Virus record (IMG/VR): IMGVR_UViG_3300024999_000030
Span: 248,001 to 312,000 of that record
Strand: one strand, 5' to 3'
DNA length: 64,000 nt
Positions within the stretch are counted from its first letter, which is position 1, and every line of letters begins with the position of its first letter. Positions 38,791-47,903 of this stretch are shown here, piece by piece. The notes beneath the pieces are model-generated. The model searched no databases. It was not told where the DNA came from and saw only the letters and a list, made by a program, of their open reading frames with translations. Position numbers and translations under genes: made by a program.

Positions 38791-41700
38791 AACCGCCCAG
38801 GCGGGATTAAATCAAGCTGTATTTAATATGGTAGCAGCCGCCACTGATGCAGGATTTAATGCACCAATCTATTTAGCTGGTGGTGCCGCTAGAGATATCA
38901 TTCTTGGAAAGTCTCCTAATGACCTAGATGTTATGATAGAAAAAGAAAATGGAGCTGAAGAATTTGGAAAAATTTATTTAAACTATTGTGAAAAAAATAA
39001 CATTAAAGTTTCTACTCCAGGTAAAGCTGTGGGTGCTAATTTTGGTGTATATAAATTTAGGCACGATGGTTTAGAATTAGATTTTGCTACTTCGCGTACC
39101 GATACTTATACTGAAGATTCTAGGAAGCCTACAGTTGAATCTGCAAGCCTTAATGAAGATGCGGAGAGAAGAGACTTCAGTATTAATGCTATGTATGTTT
39201 GTATATACGGCACTCCCTCTGTTCAACCAGATGACAAGGTTGATATTGGAGGAAGAGAGTTTGGAGTTTATGACCCAACTCATAAAGGAATTAAAGATTT
39301 AAAAAATGGAGTTATTAGTTTTGTAAATGATGATCATGATTTTACTTTAAGCGAGGACCCCATTAGGGCTCTTAGGGCAGTAAAATTTTCTGGTAGAAAG
39401 TTTGGAGAAAAAACTTTTACAATTGAACCAGAGACATCTAAAAGTATTAAAGATTTTTTAAATTCAGAAAAAGGTAAAGAGCTATATCTTAAAAAGGTTA
39501 AACCGGAGAGGCCCTGGAAAGAATTAAAAGATATTCTAACTGCTCAGAATTTAAAAGAAGCTATGAAACAGTTTAAGGAAACTGGAGTCAGGGACTTTAT
39601 TTTTGATTTACCAAAAGAAGAATTTAATAGTTGGGACATGGATCAACTTAACAAACATCATAATCTTAATTTATATGATCACACAATCTTTGCTATGGAA
39701 AATCTTGGAGAAGGACTTCATACTATGGGGGAAAATGGCCTTCCCATTTCCAAAGACACTGAAGCCACTATACAACTAGCAATGTTATTACATGATGTGG
39801 GAAAAAGACATAAAGAATTTAAACCTAGAGAAGATGGAACAGTTAAATATTTAAAGCATGAAAATAAATCTACAGATGTTTTAAAAAAATATGTTTGGCC
39901 GAAGCTGGCACAGTTACCACCAAAAACTCAAGAGATTGTTAATTACTTTGTGAAGAGTCATATGGATTTTCATAAGTATCCCAAGAAGGATGAGGGAGAT
40001 ATTAGATTTTTAAAGCAGATGATTTATAATCTATTGCCTAAAACTTTTGGTGGTTCTCTTGGAGCAGATAAAGAAAAACAGATGGAGATAATGTCTTATG
40101 TTGTGAGTTTCTTTGGTAGCGCAGATTCTTCTGCAAAACAATTAGAGGATGAAGAAAAAAATAAACTAACAAAAGACTACGAAGACTTTGGTAATAGACT
40201 TAGATTGTCTAAACCAAGGAACCTTTTGTTTAATGTTGCTGCTCCAATCATCAAAGAAATATTGACTAATCATGGAGTTCAAATTTATAATAGTGCAATC
40301 GGATCTATATATGAATACTTAAATGTTTATATTATTAACGTTTCAGAAGAACCAAAAGATATAATTCAATTTGTATCTAAGCAGACAGAACAAATTCTAA
40401 CCAATGTAAAAAATTTTGTTAAAGAATTTATAAATGAGCATGAAGGAACAAATGAACAAGAGGCGCTTGATAAATATCTTGCCAATGCTCATAAGTTTTC
40501 TGGATCAATTAAACATAGGTTTAAAAAAGATGCAATCTTTGAAGTGTTGTCGGATTTATATAAAGATAAAAAAATAAATGGAGATGTAAAAATGCCTAAG
40601 CTCGTTATTGCTAAATATAAATCTAAAAAGAAACTCGATACCGGTACAGTTGTATATGAGTATGGAGAAGCCGATAAAAAGAAACGAGCTAAAAAAAAGG
40701 CACGTCAAGTGAGAAAGGTGTTTCAAAATATTAATAAAATTAAAAAATCTTTTGAAAAAGATCTAAAGTCCGATGATAAAAAAATACAAATGACGGCTTT
40801 AGCTGTGGGAATTATTTATCATATTTATGAGCGGGTAGGCGATAGAGCTAATGTAGGAACAGGCGTTACTTCATTTAGAAAGAAACATATTACAGTAAAA
40901 GGAAATAAAGTACAGTTTAAATATGTGGGAAAATCACATATGAAACAAGATAAAACATTAACAGATTCAACTATAGCCAAAATCATTAAGGAGAATTTAG
41001 AAGGTAAAAGTAGTAATGCATATCTGTTTGACTATACAGATGAAAATGGTAAAAAATTTGATGTATATTCCAGTGACATTAATGAATATCTTAAATCTTT
41101 TAACATTACCGCTAAAGATTTAAGGGCCCACGCAGCTAATGATATTTTAATTGCTAAACTTAAATCAGCTGGAAAAGCTAAAGGTGAATCTCCAGAAGAA
41201 AAAGAAAAATGGCGTAAAGAAAAACTCAAAGAATTAATTGAAGAAACAGCTGATGAAATTGGTCATACTCCCGGCATTTGCAAATCATCATATATAGACC
41301 CATCTCTTATGGATGAATATATAGCCAGTGGTAAAATTATTAAATTAGCTGCTGATTTTGATTTGACAGTAATAATTAAACTTGCGGATATTTCTGTTAA
41401 TCCAAAGATTAAAGAGTTAATGGATAGAGAATTCACACCAGAAGAACAATCAATCATTTCAAATCCACATGATGTAAGATCTACAATTAATGATGAAGTG
41501 TTCTTACAGGCCTTAAGTAAAGCTAAACAACAAGGAACTTTATCTGGTTTATTAGAAATAGTAGAAGATAATGACCCTTCTGCTTTTGGAGTTACCCCGG
41601 TTATAGTTGGTGGTAAAGCTATTCCCATTATTGGGCTCAATGTTAATAAAATTAAAGAAGAGGCAGCCCAGAAAGGTAAATCGATTGAAGAGGTGTTGTC

Positions 41701-42295
41701 AGAACAGGTTAAACAATTTTTAGGAGTCATGGCCCATGAGAAAGAACATGTCGAAGGCAAAGGTGAACCTGAAGCTGAAAGAGTACAAAAAGATGAAGTG
41801 TCTAAACAAACTTCTCAAGAAGGGTCATCATCTAAGCTAACAATGGGCTCTCTTAAGTTGGCATCTACAGATAAATCTCTTTTTCAAAAACTTGGTATTA
41901 GAGATATTAGTAATGATACCTTATTAAAAGTATCCAATAATGTTTTAAAAATTCTTGGAATCCCAAATACCAATCTTAATATAGGACTATTGTCTCTTGG
42001 GTATCTTGTTATGCTTGGTAATCACCCCTATAGGTCAGAATGGAATATTAGACAAGCTACGGGTTTATCTGAACCAATTAATATTAAGGAAGCACAGACC
42101 CTATATAATATTTTAGATAACGCAATAGATGAGAAACCTATTGAAGAAGATAAGGCAAAAGAATATTATTCTTTTTCCGATGAAGATAAAATGAATCTAG
42201 GTGAACTACAATCACTTAAGTGGGAATCTGAACCATCCTATGCGGCTGGAACAGGTATGGGATTTTATCCTCAAACACATCCTTTTAATTACTAA
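38765..42295 (+). CDS. multidomain protein: CCA-adding enzyme (NTase + HD) / topoisomerase IB / HExxH domain / unknown C-terminus
   Basis: GGAARD, DLD, RTDTY-x3-SRKP, RRDFSINA, EDPIRALR, LLHDVGK; then ERVG, FKYVGKS, AKDLR, GHTPGICKSSYID; then HEKEH. Confidence 0.9.
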   Translation: MKLPLFLHKTAQAGLNQAVFNMVAAATDAGFNAPIYLAGGAARDIILGKSPNDLDVMIEKENGAEEFGKIYLNYCEKNNIKVSTPGKAVGANFGVYKFRHDGLELDFATSRTDTYTEDSRKPTVESASLNEDAERRDFSINAMYVCIYGTPSVQPDDKVDIGGREFGVYDPTHKGIKDLKNGVISFVNDDHDFTLSEDPIRALRAVKFSGRKFGEKTFTIEPETSKSIKDFLNSEKGKELYLKKVKPERPWKELKDILTAQNLKEAMKQFKETGVRDFIFDLPKEEFNSWDMDQLNKHHNLNLYDHTIFAMENLGEGLHTMGENGLPISKDTEATIQLAMLLHDVGKRHKEFKPREDGTVKYLKHENKSTDVLKKYVWPKLAQLPPKTQEIVNYFVKSHMDFHKYPKKDEGDIRFLKQMIYNLLPKTFGGSLGADKEKQMEIMSYVVSFFGSADSSAKQLEDEEKNKLTKDYEDFGNRLRLSKPRNLLFNVAAPIIKEILTNHGVQIYNSAIGSIYEYLNVYIINVSEEPKDIIQFVSKQTEQILTNVKNFVKEFINEHEGTNEQEALDKYLANAHKFSGSIKHRFKKDAIFEVLSDLYKDKKINGDVKMPKLVIAKYKSKKKLDTGTVVYEYGEADKKKRAKKKARQVRKVFQNINKIKKSFEKDLKSDDKKIQMTALAVGIIYHIYERVGDRANVGTGVTSFRKKHITVKGNKVQFKYVGKSHMKQDKTLTDSTIAKIIKENLEGKSSNAYLFDYTDENGKKFDVYSSDINEYLKSFNITAKDLRAHAANDILIAKLKSAGKAKGESPEEKEKWRKEKLKELIEETADEIGHTPGICKSSYIDPSLMDEYIASGKIIKLAADFDLTVIIKLADISVNPKIKELMDREFTPEEQSIISNPHDVRSTINDEVFLQALSKAKQQGTLSGLLEIVEDNDPSAFGVTPVIVGGKAIPIIGLNVNKIKEEAAQKGKSIEEVLSEQVKQFLGVMAHEKEHVEGKGEPEAERVQKDEVSKQTSQEGSSSKLTMGSLKLASTDKSLFQKLGIRDISNDTLLKVSNNVLKILGIPNTNLNIGLLSLGYLVMLGNHPYRSEWNIRQATGLSEPINIKEAQTLYNILDNAIDEKPIEEDKAKEYYSFSDEDKMNLGELQSLKWESEPSYAAGTGMGFYPQTHPFNY

Positions 42296-42331
42296 TTATA
42301 TAAGTCAACACCATGTATGCTATTTATGGTG

Positions 42332-42360
42332 TTGACTTTTTCTATTATAATAATTATATT
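42332..42360 (+). promoter_or_regulatory. promoter TTGACT-N17-TATATT with its -35 box inside an inverted repeat
   Basis: Exact hexamers; AAGTCAACACCAT(42302)/ATGGTGTTGACTT hairpin overlaps the -35. Confidence 0.8.
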
Positions 42361-42381
42361 TATCTTAGACGGGAGGAAAGA

Positions 42382-42732
42382 ATGAATAAACTTATTTGTA
42401 GGGGTGGTAAAACCTCTAATGTGGCTTTAGTAGCTGATGATATTCCTTATGGAAACTTAATTGATTTTAAGTGGACTATTTCCGTAGCTGATCAATATTC
42501 TAATTTTTTTGCTCAAGCAGAAAATAATCAAGATAGTGCTCCATACGTATGGATTGAAGGTCCCAATTGTGAATTAGAATATGAAAGTACCCATGGCCTA
42601 TGGAAGGTTGTTAGTAATGGAACACCAGCGGGTACAGCAGTATATTTCAATGGGTCTAAATTAGATAACATGTTAATTCAAGTTTTAATTGTAGCGTACG
42701 GATTGTCAGCTGAGGTATCTCCTGGGTCTTAA
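42382..42732 (+). CDS. hypothetical protein
   Basis: ATG 42382 follows GGGAGG and lies downstream of the promoter. Confidence 0.7.
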   Translation: MNKLICRGGKTSNVALVADDIPYGNLIDFKWTISVADQYSNFFAQAENNQDSAPYVWIEGPNCELEYESTHGLWKVVSNGTPAGTAVYFNGSKLDNMLIQVLIVAYGLSAEVSPGS

Positions 42733-42761
42733 TGAATTCATTTTAATAATAGAGGATAGTC

Positions 42762-43046
42762 ATGCCAATTTATGAGTTTGAATGTCAACACTGTCACGAA
42801 GTAACAGAAAAAATTTGTTCTTACACGGAGGCTTCATCTATGGAAGGGGCCCCCTGTGAAAAATGTTTGGAAGGACAAATAAAAAAGAAAGCTAGTGTGC
42901 CAGCATTAAAATTTGTTGGTGGTGGCTTTTATGAAACGGAATACGCAAGAAAAGATAGAGAGAATGCTAGAATAAGAAAAGACTTAGATACCGCCAGAGT
43001 CAATATTGACGAACAGGAAAGAGAAAAGAAAAAGAAATTAGGGTGA
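42762..43046 (+). CDS. FmdB-family zinc-ribbon protein
   Basis: MPIYEFECQHC...CEKC...FVGGGFYETEY. Confidence 0.9.
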   Translation: MPIYEFECQHCHEVTEKICSYTEASSMEGAPCEKCLEGQIKKKASVPALKFVGGGFYETEYARKDRENARIRKDLDTARVNIDEQEREKKKKLG

Positions 43047-43094
43047 TAATCTAGGAAGATTAATAAAACAAAATATTGATACAGGAGAGTAATT

Positions 43095-44378
43095 ATGAAT
43101 GTAATGCACCACGCTATGGCTCAGCCCCATAAGGTAATTGTAGTAATGGACGACAAGGAAGTTAAGACAGCCATCCATGATTTTTGGGCAGTTAATGGGG
43201 CCACTCTAATGAAAGACACCCCTGGCTCATGGACCAAAGCTACTGCCTTGAGGGAATATTTGGAAAAACAAAAGGGCAGTAAATTATATTGGGACATGAT
43301 GTGGGAGTGGATTAGTGATGGTATTAAGAAAGTACCATTGAAGGTTTATAGAATTTCATCTGTTAGTGTGGACAAATGGGACGAAAAGACTGGAGCAATT
43401 CTTTCTGTTGTTGTCGACATAATTCCCAAAGTAAAACTTGGAGACTATAAAAATATTAAGTTACAGATGCCATCATTTAAAGCCCAACCCAAAGAGGTTG
43501 AAGGACAAATCCTGTTAGCGCTTAATCATTCACCGTTAGCTACTACCGAACAACTTCATAAGGTAATTGAAGCTGGAGACACAGTAGAGATGTCTTACTC
43601 TTTAACTAGAGTGGACAACAATGAAGTGCTTCAAACTAATGTTCGTGATATGGTCCATCTTAGTTCAGGCGCATATGCACCACAATTTGTTTCCGCTATT
43701 ATTGGGGAGTCTGCTCCAGATAAATTCAATAAAACTATTATTTTTCCTGAAGACTATATTCACGAATCTTTACGTGGAGTAGAGGTTAATCTTCAAGTAG
43801 AGACCACTGGAGTAATAAAACGTACACTACCCACTGAGGAAGCTGAAGCAGTTAGAGAGGGGATGTCGCTGGAAGATTGGCGAGCTAGGTTTGTTATGGA
43901 GATTGAAAAAAATAAAAAAGAGACATTTGAAATTAAAAAAAGAGATTTTATTAGAGCAGAAGCAGAAAAAATTCTGTTAGCTACTTCTGAAATAGATCCA
44001 ATTCCAGATAGTATGGTAGAGTCAGAAGCGGAGGCCCTTATGCAAAATCTAGCTAAATCTAAAAATATGACAGTAGATGAATATGCAGCAGAGATGAAGG
44101 TGAGTAAAGAATCTTTGTTTGCGGAGCTAGCATATCTAGCTGTAAGGCGACTTATGGTTAGGTTTGTTGTGGATGCTATCTGTGAAATGGAAGATTTTAA
44201 AGCAGATGAAAATAAGACTGAAGAATTTTTAATTAAATATGCAGCCGAAGCTGGCGAATCAGTAGAAAAAATAAAGACAGATGTTGGAGAAAAAGATATT
44301 TCTTTCTTAGTTAAATCTTATATGGTAGATGAATTTATTAATCAACATGTGGTTCTAGTGGAACCATCAGTTAGTTGA
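43095..44378 (+). CDS. tig: trigger factor-like chaperone
   Basis: 427 aa; PKVKLGDYKNIK, GDTV, FPEDY-x4-LRG, IPDSMVESE and a helical C-domain, colinear with trigger factor. Confidence 0.8.
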   Translation: MNVMHHAMAQPHKVIVVMDDKEVKTAIHDFWAVNGATLMKDTPGSWTKATALREYLEKQKGSKLYWDMMWEWISDGIKKVPLKVYRISSVSVDKWDEKTGAILSVVVDIIPKVKLGDYKNIKLQMPSFKAQPKEVEGQILLALNHSPLATTEQLHKVIEAGDTVEMSYSLTRVDNNEVLQTNVRDMVHLSSGAYAPQFVSAIIGESAPDKFNKTIIFPEDYIHESLRGVEVNLQVETTGVIKRTLPTEEAEAVREGMSLEDWRARFVMEIEKNKKETFEIKKRDFIRAEAEKILLATSEIDPIPDSMVESEAEALMQNLAKSKNMTVDEYAAEMKVSKESLFAELAYLAVRRLMVRFVVDAICEMEDFKADENKTEEFLIKYAAEAGESVEKIKTDVGEKDISFLVKSYMVDEFINQHVVLVEPSVS

Positions 44379-44385
44379 TTCTTTA

Positions 44386-44414
44386 TTGACTTCTGACATA
44401 AAACTATTTATATT
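44386..44414 (+). promoter_or_regulatory. promoter TTGACT-N17-TATATT
   Basis: Exact hexamers, upstream of the dnaE PHP gene. Confidence 0.8.
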
Positions 44415-44440
44415 GTAACTGAATGGAGGCGTAGATGTAG

Positions 44441-45340
44441 ATGTTTGCAAACTTACATACTCATACCGATTATTCTGTATTAGATGGAATGATGACGGTA
44501 GATAAGGCTTTTGAAAAAGCCAAGCAGAATGGATACTCCGCTCTAGCAATTACAGAACACGCAAATATGGCGTCTTTATTTGTTGCTTTAAAGGCGGCTG
44601 AAAAATATGATGTAAAATTTATTCCTGGTATAGAATTTAATTTTGCAGATGACACGGGCGACGAGAAGGAATATCATCTCGTCGCTTTAGCTTCAACCCA
44701 CAATGGACTTAAGTCTATTATGAAAGTTTCCTATGGGGCTTATTTTAAAGACTATAAGAATCCATATATCACATGGCAAGATCTAGATGAACTAGATAAA
44801 GATGGGGTATATCTTTTATCTGGATGTGAGGCAGGACTATTAGCAAGAAAAGCTTTATTTTTTGGCTCTTCTCGCGGAGGCCAAGTGTTAGATAGATTTT
44901 CATCTATGTTTGGTGATAGGTTCTTTGTTGAATTAAATGCCCCTTACAATGATAGGCAAAAAGATATCAATAGTATTTTATTAGATTTATCTAAACAAAA
45001 AAGTGTTCCAGCAATTATGACATTAGATAGTCATTATGCTAATGAAGCTGATGCGGAATTATTTCCAGTTTTTCAAGCAGTTCAATCTAAACGCACTATC
45101 TTTGATAAAGATAAATTTTACGATAGAAGTTCTTTAATCTCTGAGTCAGCGTTAAGAAATATGTGCGAGTCAGAATTTTCTTCCTCTATAGATAACGCCG
45201 CCGTATTAGCTTCTAGATGTCAGGACCCTAGGGAATATTTAAAAATTAGTGGCTCCTTTCTTATGCCAAAATTTGATGTGAGTTCAACGGACGACTATGA
45301 AGGATTTAAGAAGTGGAGGAAGGAAAACTATGGAGTATAA
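44441..45340 (+). CDS. dnaE: DNA polymerase III alpha, N-terminal PHP domain (split gene)
   Basis: LHTHTDYSVLDG, AITEH, PGIE, HLVALA, LSGC, DSHY. Confidence 0.92.
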   Translation: MFANLHTHTDYSVLDGMMTVDKAFEKAKQNGYSALAITEHANMASLFVALKAAEKYDVKFIPGIEFNFADDTGDEKEYHLVALASTHNGLKSIMKVSYGAYFKDYKNPYITWQDLDELDKDGVYLLSGCEAGLLARKALFFGSSRGGQVLDRFSSMFGDRFFVELNAPYNDRQKDINSILLDLSKQKSVPAIMTLDSHYANEADAELFPVFQAVQSKRTIFDKDKFYDRSSLISESALRNMCESEFSSSIDNAAVLASRCQDPREYLKISGSFLMPKFDVSSTDDYEGFKKWRKENYGV

Positions 45341-47852
45341 TGAAAGTCATGAATATTTGACTTATCTATGTGTGAAGGGTTGGGATAAAAAACTAGTTCC
45401 CTTAAACTTATCTGAAAATAAAAACATAGAATATGCACAAAGACTTAAGCATGAATTACAAATGATTAATATGGCTAACTTAGATGATTATTTTTTAATT
45501 GTTTATGATATCATGAGATATTGTGATGAACAAGGAATTCAAAGGGGACCCGGGAGAGGGAGTTCAGGAGGATGTTTAGTCGCATATCTAACCAATATTA
45601 CTCATGTAGATAGTATAAAATATGAATGTTTGTTTTCTAGGTTCTTTAATATTGGTAGACTTCAAACGGGAAATCTTGCAGATATCGATGTGGATATTGA
45701 TCCTAGATATATTAATGATGTAATTGGATATATTAAAAATAAATATGGAGCAGATAAAGTCGCTGCCATTTCCACTGTTGTAAAGCTATTTGGTAAGTCT
45801 GCAATTAAAGATGTGTCCAGAGCGCTGGCAATTGGAGAAAACGGAACAGGTAAAGCCGAAAACAAGAAAGAGATATTCTCTTTAAGTAATCGTATTACTT
45901 CTTTCTTTCCTGATGATCCTAAAGCTACGGTGGCATCATCCGTATCAACATCCAGTGAGCTTAAGAAATATCAAGAACAGTTTCCAGAACTTTTCGATAA
46001 AGCTATTAAATTGGAGGGATTGGTTCGCTCCAACTCTATTCATGCATGTGGGATGACTATTTCTAGTGTACCCTTAATTGAACATCTACCTATGAAACTT
46101 TGTAAAATTAAAGGCGATGAAGATTCAGAGGAAGAAGATAATAGTTATGGTCAACAGGTACAACTCCGAGAAGTTGTAGACGTGGACATGAAGGTATTAG
46201 AGTCTAGGAAATTTTTGAAGTTTGACTTTCTTAAATTAAAAACTTTGTCCGTGGTTAGAGACACCTTAGATATGATTAAACAAAATCATGACGTTGATAT
46301 AAAGCTTCAAGATATTAACCTTGAAGATGAAAAAGTATATGAATATATGTGGAAGGCTCCTAATTTATTAGGTATTTTCCAGTTTGAAAGCTCTGGAATG
46401 AGAGATTTAGTCAGAGCAGTAAAACCTAGAAGTATTGAAGAGTTGGCGCACTGTAATGCTTTATATCGCCCAGGCCCAATCGATTCTGGTATATTAGCTC
46501 AGTATATTAAAAGACGACAGGGCAGAGAGATGATAGCATATGATCACGTAGCTCTTAAACCTATATTAGAAAATACATATGGGCTACCGGTGTTTCAAGA
46601 GCAAAATATGAAGATTGCTCAAACTATCGCGGGCTTTTCAGAACAAGAAGCTGACATTTTAAGAGCAGCTATGGGTAAAAAAGATAAAGATAAAATGGCC
46701 TCTCTTCAATCTAAATTTTTAGATGGGGCTGCATCCAAGGGATATAATAGGGACTTAGCGGAATATCTATTTGATGCTATTGAAAAATCCAGTAGATATG
46801 CATTTAATAAACCACACTCTGTGGCATATTCTATTATGGCTTATTATACCCTATGGCTTAAATTTTATTATCCTACTGAATTTATTACTGCCAGTATTAA
46901 TAATGAAAAAGATTGGGAAAAGATTTCTTTATTTGTTTTTGACGCACAAGAACATAATATTAAAGTTCTTCCAGTGGATGTATCTAAATCTCAAATTGAA
47001 TACACCGTTGCAGGTGATAAACAAATTCTTACAGGCTTTAAATCTATTAAGGGAGTGGGGGCAATAGCTCCTCAGATTATCGTCGCCCGTGCCCCATACG
47101 TAGATTTTGTTGATTTTTTAATTAGAACCCATGAGAAGGGTTCTAAGGTAAGCAGTGCAGTTGTTGATGCAGCTAATGCGGTAGGTGGATTTGAGTCTTT
47201 AGGTTTAAACAGGGCTACAGTAGAAGCTCATTATGATAAAGTAGCAAGCCTACTTAGGGTTGAATATTTAACTAAGGAAAATAAAATTACGGAGATGGTG
47301 ACAAAATACACTAAAGGCAATGAAACTATTGATATAGTGAAAGTTGTACAAGAATTAATTTCTAATTCCCCCACAGTTAGTTATGAGTTCGATAAGAGGC
47401 AAATGAGATATATTACTAAGGCTCTTTCCGCTGTATATCCAGAGAAGAAAGATACTGTGTCTGGAGTCCCTATCGAAGACCTACCAGATTGGCCTATGCT
47501 CAAAAAATGTAAACTTGAAAAAGCATACCTTGGATATTTTGTAAGTGGCCACCCCACTAAAGACGTTGCTATAAAACCCAAGAATCACCTTGGCTATGTG
47601 AGTAGTATGAATAACGGCGATAAAGTTGAAATCGTTGTTTTTATAGAAAGATTAGTAGTAGATAAAATTGTGTCTGGTGGCAAAAGAATGTGTAAGTTTG
47701 AAATTTCAGACGCCAGTGGCTCTACAGACTTAGCGGTGTTTATGAAATCTCATGAGATGTGTCCGATTATAGTTGGGTCAGTATGTCATCTTTTATGTGC
47801 GGTCAACGTATTTAACGGCAGAACCTCACTACAGTTTGTAAAGGTTTTATAG
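45330..47852 (+). CDS. dnaE: DNA polymerase III alpha, catalytic part (split gene)
   Basis: DYFLIV, GPGRGS, DIDVD, HACG, KFDFL, IFQFES, LYRPGP, FQEQ, YAFNKPHS; ATG 45330 has GGAGG/AGGA upstream. Confidence 0.95.
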   Translation: MEYNESHEYLTYLCVKGWDKKLVPLNLSENKNIEYAQRLKHELQMINMANLDDYFLIVYDIMRYCDEQGIQRGPGRGSSGGCLVAYLTNITHVDSIKYECLFSRFFNIGRLQTGNLADIDVDIDPRYINDVIGYIKNKYGADKVAAISTVVKLFGKSAIKDVSRALAIGENGTGKAENKKEIFSLSNRITSFFPDDPKATVASSVSTSSELKKYQEQFPELFDKAIKLEGLVRSNSIHACGMTISSVPLIEHLPMKLCKIKGDEDSEEEDNSYGQQVQLREVVDVDMKVLESRKFLKFDFLKLKTLSVVRDTLDMIKQNHDVDIKLQDINLEDEKVYEYMWKAPNLLGIFQFESSGMRDLVRAVKPRSIEELAHCNALYRPGPIDSGILAQYIKRRQGREMIAYDHVALKPILENTYGLPVFQEQNMKIAQTIAGFSEQEADILRAAMGKKDKDKMASLQSKFLDGAASKGYNRDLAEYLFDAIEKSSRYAFNKPHSVAYSIMAYYTLWLKFYYPTEFITASINNEKDWEKISLFVFDAQEHNIKVLPVDVSKSQIEYTVAGDKQILTGFKSIKGVGAIAPQIIVARAPYVDFVDFLIRTHEKGSKVSSAVVDAANAVGGFESLGLNRATVEAHYDKVASLLRVEYLTKENKITEMVTKYTKGNETIDIVKVVQELISNSPTVSYEFDKRQMRYITKALSAVYPEKKDTVSGVPIEDLPDWPMLKKCKLEKAYLGYFVSGHPTKDVAIKPKNHLGYVSSMNNGDKVEIVVFIERLVVDKIVSGGKRMCKFEISDASGSTDLAVFMKSHEMCPIIVGSVCHLLCAVNVFNGRTSLQFVKVL

Positions 47853-47853
47853 G

Positions 47854-47882
47854 TTGACTTTTAGAATACTTTGAGCTATATT
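47854..47882 (+). promoter_or_regulatory. promoter TTGACT-N17-TATATT
   Basis: Exact hexamers, upstream of the HU-SSB-RuvC-RecA operon. Confidence 0.8.
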
Positions 47883-47903
47883 GTTATAGGATGAGAGGTA
47901 TAA

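Noticed and set aside
45290-45345. Split intein or group I intron in dnaE
   Set aside because: The ORFs overlap with no intervening sequence and show no intein terminal motifs.
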